Origin: Geosiphon pyriformis uo1
Lineage: Eukaryota > Fungi > Glomeromycota
Assembly: GCA_016748015.1 (NCBI GenBank)
Contig: JAAOMT010000028.1
Coordinates: 78,001-142,000 of the forward strand
Direction: 5' to 3'
Length of the DNA stretch: 64,000 bases
The position numbers were made by a program, and so were the translations under genes. Under the pieces are notes generated by a model. That model was not told the DNA's origin and did no database searches. It was given only the letters and a program-made list of their open reading frames with translations. Below, piece by piece: positions 1 through 9,621 of the stretch. The first letter of the stretch is position 1, and each line of letters opens with the position of its first letter.

Positions 1-159
1 TTTGAATGTAAATATTCTAAACAGATTACTATAGTTAAAAACTCCAGTCATGTATAAAATTAGATTTACAAATAGCAATAGAAATTACAGCAACAACATT
101 GATACAAAAGAGAGATTTAGAAGATTTTGATAAAGCTTAATATTAAAAGAAGAAGATAA
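1..159 (+). mobile_element. 3' internal end (ORF3 C-terminus + polypurine tract) of a family-C Ty3/gypsy element that continues left of the window
   Basis: gattttgataaagcttaatattaaaagaagaagataa|tgttac matches the ORF3-end/PPT/LTR junction of element B (gattttgatgaaactcagtcttgaggaggagatta|tgttac, 17486-17526) and of element A (minus strand, about 4540-4580); it translates ...LEDFDKA*. Confidence 0.7.
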
Positions 160-1049
160 TGTTACTTATAAAGAAAAAACAGATATAGAAAATAATAAAC
201 CAATAAGGGAGTAGTAGTTAGCATGTGAGCATATTGCTTAGCAATATGAAGCAATATCAGAAATTACAGCACATTGCTTAACAATATGAAGCAATGTTAA
301 AAATTAGAGCACATTGCTTAAAAAATTAGAGCACATTGCTTGGAAATATGAGCAATCTTGTAGAACATAAATTTATGTATATATAGCAGTAGTATCAGAA
401 GCTAGAAAATTAGTCAATTAGACTTAAAGTCAAGAAGACTGAAAGTCAATAAGACTCTTAGAGTCAATTAGACTCATAGATCATAATTATTAAATATCCT
501 TCTTTTAAAAGATAGAATACTATAACTTGAAGTAAAATCACTTTTATATTAATAAAATTATTTATTATCTCAAAATCTATTCCCTACTATTAACACTTTA
601 TGTTGATAATAATTGATATTTAACCATACTGAAACAATAGCTCTTGATCACAGCTATTGATAAGATACTAACATTTATTGCCTTGGCTTATTTCTTATTT
701 TTTTTTCTTGTTTTATTTTTTTTGTTGTTTGTTAACTTAATTAAAGAATTTACATGCAGAGATACTGACATCAGAATATAGCACTAGTAAAAAACCCAGG
801 AATAAGAGTAGACACTCGGAATTGAGAATATTTTACCAGGAGGATTACCAGCCATTATGCTGAGAAAAAAATTGACGAAACTGCAGTTTTGGAAAGCTAC
901 AGATAAAACTATTAATTGAATCTCTGTTTATTATACAAAAGACTTAACAAAAACCTTCAGATCATGAAAATCTTCAGAAACCAACATCATCAGCTATCAA
1001 TTGAGCACCAAGTTATTTGCTTTAAGACCCCAAATAATCACTTGTAACA
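160..1049 (+). repeat. LTR, family C, copy C1 (3' LTR)
   Basis: Starts TGTTAC directly after the PPT and ends TGTAACA. Shares the TATA-like tatgtatatatagcag and the gaaacaatagctcttgatc and tctctgtttattatacaaaagact blocks with copies at 3058-3668/21576-21827 and 22702-23591. Confidence 0.8.
227..356 (+). repeat. Tandem ~40-bp repeat in LTR U3 (gagcayattgcttarcaatatgaagcaat...)
   Basis: Two full and two partial units; contains the near-perfect palindrome atattgct-t-agcaatat (231-247). Confidence 0.8.
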
Positions 1050-3057
1050 ATACTTAAATAATTTCTATTATAAAGTTTTTTTTTAACTGCAATCAACAGT
1101 TTCTTATATACTGCTTTTATTAAATATGTGTAAAAAACAGCTAAAGTTCTGCTAGTAAAACCAAAAAACATATAAGAATTTGGATGCCAAGCTATAATAA
1201 TACAAACTTAGTCTATATTCCAGATGAATGAATTATTTAAAATATTTACACCAAAATCTGCTTCTTATTAAGCATAATGAATAAACCAAAGAACAAAATA
1301 ATAAGTATTGTCTAAAACAACCAAACTATTTGTCACAATAAATTTTTTTTGAACTTTTATAGATAAAACCAAATAAAACTGTACTGTATCACATACAAAA
1401 ACATCTACTCAGTTATTTTCAGTATTTTTCTAATGTTTTTTAATCTTTATTTATCTAAATACAATGTTTTTTGACTTAATAAAATTAGCCACACAATGTC
1501 TTTTTACTCAACACTTATTTCTAAAATCTGGTATATAAAGCTAGAATTGTAAATACATGTATTTATAGCCACTTAGCAGTTCATATATAGAAATACTAAA
1601 CAAAAAAAACACATTTTAAAGCCAAAACAATTGCTTATAATTCTAATATTATTAAAAACAACAATTTATGTATTCTAATGTCTATATTTATTTTAACTTC
1701 TAAAAAATAAACTGCTGTCTTATTAGCTATCTCTACAATATTCAAACTTTTTAATAAGCTATTAATGTAAATATTTATTGTCTTTGTTTATAACTTATGT
1801 AAACATTTTTTAATATTTACAAAGTTTTTTAAATTAAAAAAATCTGAACAGTCAAAGCTAAAGACAATTTTATTAGTATTAACAAAAAAATTACTCATGT
1901 ATATTAATGCTTTATTAAACTATATTAATACCAAATCTTTAGAACTTAATTTTTTTTAATAACAAAAAGTTTTTTAATTCATAATCAAATCATGTTTGTT
2001 TAACAATCTGTTTCCAAAAATCATACCAGAACATTTTAATAAACCTACTACCTCAAAGTAACAAAAATCACCCAAAATTTTGAATATTAGATAGTAATTA
2101 GACTTTTAGAATACATTAAACAAATTGTTGACAAAAAAAATTTTGGTATTTAAAAATATTTTTATTACATCTGCTAAAAAATTATTTACAGAACTGACTC
2201 TTAACTTGACTAAAAACTACAATGAGTTTATAAGAGCCCAATTTAGAATTTGTAAATCCAAAAATTAGTGCTTAAACAACTAACCAAAAATCTCTATTGT
2301 ATTAGCAAAACCAATCACAAAAGCCACTTTCATCTCTATTTGTATTTGTTTAAAAGACTTCAATCCATATAAAAATAGATAATACAAAGTCTTATTAAAA
2401 AAATTTCTTAACAAATTGGCCTTAAATTTAAGTTTCTTCCTTATTATAACATTTTATTTTTAATACACATCCTTAAACATAAAGCTAAACTATATACAGT
2501 AATTAATTATGAACTGCAAAACTATTAACACCAAATATAAAAACTATTTGTTTGACAATGCTTTCTTAAAAACCACATTTGAGAAAAATCTAATATCTGA
2601 ATATATTTTGGCAAAACTTGGCTTTAACATATTTTTTATTGACAAAAAAATGCTCAAATACTTATGAAATTTGCCATGCTTAGCAATAAATATTGGCAGT
2701 TCACTAATATGTAAAAAAAACATTTAAAACTCTCTAATTAATAAAAATAGTTACTATTTTGTTATTGTTAATAAAAATATTATTGATCTCAAAAAATTCA
2801 CTAGCAATGTCTAAAATATATCAAGTTAAGACTTGGCTATTTTCAATCCAAATTGTGTTATCAACAAAAACACTAGCCATAAAAAATAAAAATTTTTCTT
2901 CATTAATTTCTATCCTGCCTGTTTTAACTACAAGATTTGTATTAATTTTATATTTATATAAGTATTTATGTCTTTTAATTTTACATAATAGAAGATTATA
3001 AAATTTTTTCCATAAAAGTAATAAAAAAACTTTATTCTAATTTAGTTTATTATGTAC
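1050..3057 (-). pseudogene. Degenerate LINE ORF2: RT C-terminal half and downstream region
   Basis: Minus strand reads like VHxxLxQ(G)...LLW..FY.LLLC...ASVFVDNTIWI (decayed F/YxDD at 2857-2868); many stops and frameshifts; continues the RT sequence left off at 21828. Confidence 0.75.
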
Positions 3058-3668
3058 TATTACTCATAGTAATTAGAAGTATTGTATAATTAGAAGATTA
3101 GCCAATCAGAAGTAGGTGTAGAAACAGAAGAATTCCAGAATTTCTTTAAAGAAATTGCAGAATTCCAGAATTCCAGAATTTTTTGTAAGAAATCACAGAA
3201 TTCCAAAATTTCAGAAATCTCATATAACACCAACTATGTATATATAGTAGTAACATTAAAAGCAAGAAAAGTATTCAGAATTCAGTTTAAATTCAATTAA
3301 ATATACTTTTTTTACCTATTTATTAATTTTTACTTTATAAATAGTAATATTAATTGAAGTGAATTTATCAAAAATATTCAATAAAACATACTTATTATTA
3401 TCTAATCTATATTATTATCATTTGATTGAGAATCTCTATCATTCATTTGTTATCAACACTTTATGTTAATAACACTCAATACTTAATTATACTGAAACAA
3501 TAGTTTTTGATTATGACTATTGACAAAATACTAATTTTTATTTTATTTTCTTATTTTTTTATTTTTTTTTATTTTTTTGTTGTTTGTTATTTACTAATTA
3601 ATTTAAGAAATTAAGTGCTGATTAATTAATATTAAGAATAGTCTAGTAAAAGATCCAAAAATAAGAGT

Positions 3669-4544
3669 TGTTATGAGATGGTTTTCTTGGTATATTTAAT
3701 TGCTGATATCCTGTCTTAATTGCAATCAGTTTCTTGTGAGTTTCTTAATTCTAATTGTATAATAATGTTGGTATTTAGGCTGCTGGTTTCTTTTTGATGT
3801 CCTGATGTAAGCTATTTTTCAATCTCTGATTGTTGTATGTGTTTATGTACTCTTTCTCAGAGACTAAGCTGAAATCTACCCGTTGTTTGGGGTCTTTTCT
3901 GAAGCTATTCTTGCAATTGTTTGGTGTGTTTCTCTAATCTAGAAACACGGAATATTAATGGCCTTTAATGCTTTTTCTAATTCTTCTTATTCAGTTTTTA
4001 TCAATTAGTAGTTATGTGAATAATTTTGATCAGGGATTATTCTTTTAAGAAATTCAACTGATAAATGATAGTTTTATTCAATAATTAACACAAGTGAGTT
4101 TCTTACTACTTTGGAGGTTGTGATAATTTAGTTTTAAATATTCTTTTTCATTTCTTTTTGATTTAAAGGTTTCTTGGGATATTTAATTTAAAGGTACGAT
4201 TTAAAGTAGAATTTGTTGGATAAATTAGATCTATTGCTTGATAAGTTATGATTTTTATTACTTGATTGACTTTTCTCAATATTAAAGCTACTGTATATAT
4301 ACATGTTTGTAGTTCTATGAGAAAACACATTGTAATACTTTCTTTTTGATATTTCAACCTGGTGTTTGCTACTATTATCAGTTGATGTTGACTGCTATTG
4401 TGAACTGGTGCTTGCCACTATTGCAAGATGGTGTTTTGTTACTATGTTAATCATTACCTTTCTAAGATTATTACTGTGCTATATTATGATTAAATAGTTT
4501 ATATTATCTTTATAATTTTTTTGTTAAATTCTTAAACCATAACA
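3669..4544 (-). repeat. 3' LTR of element A
   Basis: Colinear with 20700-21575; flanked internally by the PPT (ttatccccttctttcaag on +). Confidence 0.93.
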
Positions 4545-4560
4545 TTATCCCCTTCTTTCA
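4545..4560 (-). promoter_or_regulatory. Polypurine tract of element A
   Basis: Minus strand tgaaagaaggggataa immediately before the LTR TGTTA. Confidence 0.85.
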
Positions 4561-5014
4561 AGATTGAGCTTTGTTGAAATTGAAGTTAATTTCTTCATTA
4601 AATTCTAAGTTACTATAGTGGCCCAATACTGTGTTATTAATTTGTTGTTGTAATTCTTGAAATTGCAAGTTGGTAAGTCGTTCAATACTGTTGATTGTTA
4701 TTATGTTTATAGTTGGGTCCAACAATAGTTTGTGACAGTTTTTAAATGCTTTGAAAATTCTGTAAACTGTTTTTCCAAAGTGGCCTGAATGAATATTTGA
4801 GTGCATATTAAATAAGATAGTTTTTTTTTATCTGTGGTTATAACTCTTAATGGATTATCTGGATTTTGTCAATTCTGGTAATAAAGTATGTGATTTGAAT
4901 GAAATAGTGTTTTGCTAATTTTTGGAGCTTAATTAGCTCTTTTACTGGCATTTTTTTATCTATTTGTAATGTTTCCAAGTATTGGCTGAGGTTTTTGTAA
5001 AGGTAGTTGTTTAT
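4558..5014 (-). pseudogene. Integrase N-terminus (to the HH of HHCC) fused by deletion to the ORF3 C-terminus
   Basis: ...YLETLQ...MHSNIHSGHFG (matches B MHTDPFSAHLG) is joined directly to KTVYRIFKAFKNCHKLLLDP...LTNLQFQ (matches B ORF3 RAAFRLYDLFNTCENVLQNP...LTELKFQ). Confidence 0.8.
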
Positions 5015-5043
5015 TGTTGTTGTAGCAGGTGGGTTGGTAATTT

Positions 5044-6370
5044 TTATGTGTGTCTTATTCTTAACAAACAGTTAGCATTAACATTTTTGGTACCTTCTTT
5101 GTATTTGATAATATAATCATATGGTGCTAATGTTTGTAATCATCTGGCATATTTTTCTTTTAGCACTTTTTTGTTATTTAACCAGACCAGACCTTTATGA
5201 TCTGTAGTAATCTCAAAGGATTGGTACCATAAATATGTGTCAAAGTGAACACAACTCCAGACTACTGCTAAGCATTCAAGTTTGTGTGCTGCATAGTTTT
5301 GCTCTGCCATACTGAAACTTTTGCTGACATAAGCAATTACACGTTCTCTTCCATTATCATTTTTTTGTAACAGAATGGTTCCAAGTTTAGTTTCAGAGGC
5401 ATCTGTGACCAAAATGAATTTTTTTTTAAAATTTGGATAGATCATTATTGGTGATTCAATAAACTTTTGTCCAAGGTACTCAAAAGCTTTTTGTTATGCT
5501 TTAGTCCATTCAAATTTCACATTTTTGGATAGTAGATAATTAAGGGGTTTGGCGATGTTTGAAAAGTTTTTTACAAAGTGGCAGTAGTAAGATGCAAGTC
5601 CTAAAAAGCTTCTAACTTTTGAAACATTTTGAGGTACTGGAAAATTTTTCACTTTGTCTATTTTTAATGGATCTGGTTTTATTCCATTTTTTCCAACTAT
5701 GTGTCCTAAAAATGCTAGCTCATTTTTTCAAAAGAAACATTTTTCTAGATTTAGTTTAAGTTCAGTGTGTTTTAATCTCTCAAAAACTTGTTGCAAATGT
5801 TGGAGATAATCCATAAATTTTGACAAGAAAACATTTGTATTGTTCAAGTAAACAACAACAGATTGCCACAGAATTCTGGAGTAAATTACATCCATTAATC
5901 TTTGGAATGTTGTGAGAATGTTTGTCAATCCAAATAGCATTACATTGAACTCATAATTGCTATTTTGTGTTGTGAATGCTGTTTTATGCCTGTCTTTTGG
6001 GTTCATTTCCACTTGTCAGTATCCACTGGTCAAGTCCAGTGTAGAAAACCATTTTGCTCCTTCAAAAATGTCGATAATTTCGTCAATTAATGGTATTGGG
6101 TATGAGTCTTTGGTTGTTTTGCTGTTTAGTTTGCAATAGTTGATGCAAAATCTAATTTTTCTGTTCTTTTTCTTTATTAAAACAACTGGTAAGAACCATG
6201 GGCTCATTGATGGTTGGATTATTTCTTTTTCCAACATGCTTTGGACTTCTTCTCTGATAAAATTATGCTTCATTGGTGGGACACAGTAAGTGCATTGTTT
6301 TTCAAGTCTGGTGTTTCCAGTAGAGATTTGGTGTTGAACCAAGTTGGTTCTTCCAAATTCGCCATTTTAT
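5044..6370 (-). pseudogene. Element A reverse transcriptase + RNase H
   Basis: SPWFLPVVLIKKKN.KIRFCINYCKLN, FSTLDLTSGY, KTAFTT, VVVYLNN (decayed YxDD), FILVTDAS, LECLAVVW, TDHKGL; stop at 5044-5046. Confidence 0.92.
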
Positions 6371-6879
6371 AAAAATATATTAGAGTATTTTAAAATTAAT
6401 GCTTTTAATTGTTACTGTTGGTCAGAATCCATTGTTCCAATGTTTAATTTGGCCAATTTTTCTGGTGTAAATTGATAGAATTCCAATGGTTGTTGCCAAT
6501 TTATTGAAGTGAGTTTACAGTATAAGGCAATTTCTGGAAAATTTAGAATTTTTTGTAGTGTTAATGTGTTTTTTAGCTTCATTCTGAGGTATTCAATGAT
6601 GGTATCTTCCGGAATGTAGATGGATTCTTTTGTGGTATTTGCAATAGAAATTTTTATCCATTGAGCTTTATTAGCTGGAATAAAAAGATTAGTAAGTCCT
6701 ATAAAAAACTTTTGGCAAGTTTCTGGATAGGACTCAAATATTAGGTCTTTTTCTTTAATTGTCTTTTTTATTCTTATTTCTGATTTTCTATATGGTAGAA
6801 GTATAATAGACTGCTCAGTTTTAATTACTTCATCTTTTTTCTTTATTGTTTCAGTGAAATTCACTTCAATTCCTTTTCT

Positions 6880-7300
6880 TGTCGATCCAAAACCAAAAGT
6901 TTCTCTCGTTGTTTGTAACAATTTCTCACGATTTTCCACTGGCACAAATTTCTCAATTTTTACCAATAGTAGAAAAATTGCTTGTGCAATTTTTTTTTTA
7001 GATTCAATGGTATAAGACTTTTCTGAATTGTTCTGTAGCAAAGCCATTAAATTTCCAGTGTATTCAGAGTCAATTACTCTTTCTTGAATGCTTATTCTTT
7101 TTTTTGCGAGGCTTGATCACAACACTATTTGAATCATTGTTTCTGGTGAAATTTCAACCACTATTTTCAGGTCGATTTTGGTAATGCTCCTGGATGGTAA
7201 TATTGTGGATTTGTCTTTCAGATAACATAGATCAAATTTGGCATCAGTTGGATGGGCTCTTTTGGGTATTATTCTTAAGTGCCTATTGTCAAAGTATTAG
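6880..7300 (-). pseudogene. Element A dUTPase domain
   Basis: AHPTDAKFDL, *SSLAKK, VIDSEYTGNLMALLQN, KIAQAIF and RETFGFGST correspond to trimeric dUTPase motifs 1-5. Confidence 0.88.
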
Positions 7301-7449
7301 ATATCAATCATCTGTTCTAGGTTAGTATAAGCTATAAATTTTTCTAACCTGGGACCATCAGATGAGTTTTGTTGATTTATTGATTGATTTTGAGACTGCT
7401 GATTCTCAATTTCCATTTTTCTTTCTAAGTTTCTTTTATCTTAACACTC

Positions 7450-8060
7450 TTCACAGCACTAATTTTGGCATGGGATAAGACAGTTTTTGCAGAGATAAGT
7501 GTTGATTTGGATGAGGTATTGTTCTTACTCTTGTCAAGTGGGACATAGTTGTTAGTAGTAGTTCTGGAATTTGTCTACTGAATCAAATATGTTGTAGCTG
7601 GTGACTTTGTCAGCTATTTTGGCTGACTCTTTCCAATGTTATATTTTTTCAGTGGTTTCTCTTCTTACTTTGGTCTGTGCGGTGTTGTACAACTCGTCCT
7701 TGTTGTGTGGGTAGTGCTGTAGTCTTTTTAACATTCTGTTGAATGCTACTTCAAATGGCATTCCTCCTCTTATCTAGTTACAGATGAGGATTGTATATTG
7801 GCAAGTTGTGTCATATGTTCTTTTTCTGCCTGGTATGTTGTTCTAGTTGTACCCTCTTGGTAATGGTTTTCCACAAGCAAGACATGGTTCCTTATCCCAT
7901 TTTCCATGTCTTTTTGAGTAACCATATTTTTTTTTGTTACAATGGTTACAATAGTAGTGGGTGGGATTTCTTGGGTCTTTGTCTGGTGTGCTGCACACAG
8001 TCATAGATAAGAGTTTCTTCTTGCAAACCAAGCATTCTAGCTTTGGTCTGTGTTGCTGGT
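7450..8060 (-). pseudogene. Element A Cys-rich domain of unknown function (between PR and dUTPase)
   Basis: CLVCKKKL..M.VC, YYCNHC, GKWDKEPCLACG, CQY, HYPH, CKNCLIPC..CCEEC; aligns to B 12250-12850. Confidence 0.75.
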
Positions 8061-8229
8061 GGTTTTTTCATGAACTTACCTGGTTCCATTCGGATCTTTC
8101 TTCACTGGTTCATGTTAATATGGCTGGTAGTTCTGTTCTTTAGTCATCAGTCCAAGAGAGCTGATAGGTTTTAATGACTGATAATGCTGGATTTTACTTA
8201 AATTCAAAGGTAAGTCTTTGGTTGGTGCT

Positions 8230-8605
8230 GGGTTTTTAGAAGTGGCCATAGGTGGCTGGAATTCTGGCCTGGTGGTCATTATAATTGATCAAAAGCTCTT
8301 GGGTGATCCTAGTCTAGGGTGGCATTGGCTTTTGTTAGCCAGTTATTTCCTATTAATGCTTGATATTATGTAACGTCCATTATTAATACTTTTGTATGTA
8401 TTACTATGCTGTTAATTTCAAAAAGAAATGAGTCAATTTCACTATAAGGCAGCTTTGTACTTCTATCGGCTGTTATAATTTGAGATGTTGTAACACAATC
8501 AACTTTGAAACCCAGTTGGTTTACTAATTAAAGCATTACAATGTTTCCAGCAAATCTACTATCCAAAATAAGTTTGATTGAGGTATTGTTTACAGTGATT
8601 TCCAT
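8230..8605 (-). pseudogene. Element A aspartic protease (C-terminal part; its N-terminal part lies right of 18469)
   Basis: Removing element B restores ...CPVMYM|EITVNNTSIKLILDSRFAGNI (decayed D-S-G) ... QALIGNNWL. Confidence 0.85.
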
Positions 8606-9575
8606 TGTTATCAGTAGAATTTTAGCTATTAATTAGCATAAAATTACTCTTATAATTCCTATAATTAATTAGTATATTAATATCATTTCAAATTATCATT
8701 TATTATTTAATCAATTATTACATATTATGATTCAATTAAAATAATCTAATTAGTATAACAGAAAGTAGAATGATCAAATTACACAATACTCTGAACTTTG
8801 TAACATTCTAAAATTCGCCAAAATTTACCGAAATTTATAAGAAATTCGCCGAAATTATGAATAGTTCACTCAAATTAATCAATAGTTTAGCGAAATAACT
8901 TGTAGTTCATCAAAATGTATCTTTAGTTCACCAAAATTTAAGCAAAGAGAAAAAGTGCAAGTTCATAGACTAGTACTACAACAAGTTGTATAAAAGAAGA
9001 GCTTTTTTTTTCAAGAAAATATATCTTACTTTAGATTTATCACTTAGAACCATTCCTACACACACAAAAAAAAATAAATATCAAATAATTTGAAAAACCA
9101 AATTCTTTAATTATTGCACTTGGAAAATCCTCAAAACCCAACTAACGTTTTAAAATTGATTAGCTACCAATTTCAGTAAACTGTTAGTGACTCTAGGCCT
9201 GAATAGAAAACGTTTCCCTTGATAAAATTCTATTTCTTTTACATTTCTTTTATTTTTCTTTCTTTTCTTATTGCAATCATTAAGATAGCCTACAGACAAG
9301 ATTCCTGTAGAAGAGTTGACTTTCACAGCAAAGTAACTACACATTTTTAGTGAGCTTCCAGATGAGCAATTCCTGGGAAAAAGTTGATGTTTACTACAAC
9401 ATAACTACATAAAGTAACTGATAAGGAATTGGCCATTCCACTTATAAGCCCAGCAGTTCAAATTATAAGAAATAATTTGAAGATAAATTCAGTAATTGGA
9501 GGTTTAACTACTTCTAGAAAACATAAATTTGCAGTTACAACATTCAAAAAAAAAGACCAAAAACCTTCAGTAACA
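8606..9575 (+). repeat. 5' LTR of element B
   Basis: Colinear with 17521-18468; U3 has short aaattcgccg-type tandem units. Confidence 0.96.
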
Positions 9576-9577
9576 TT

Positions 9578-9597
9578 TGGTGCTCTTCCATGGAAAT
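9578..9597 (+). promoter_or_regulatory. Primer-binding site of element B
   Basis: TGGTGCTCTTCCATGGAAAT begins 2 nt after the LTR end; TGG is complementary to the tRNA CCA end; tRNA identity not determinable. Confidence 0.75.
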
Positions 9598-9621
9598 AAC
9601 ACAGCAACAACAAACTTCAAA

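Noticed and set aside
227-356. Regularly spaced repeats resembling a CRISPR array
   Set aside because: No unique spacers; tandem units inside an LTR in a eukaryotic context; no cas genes.
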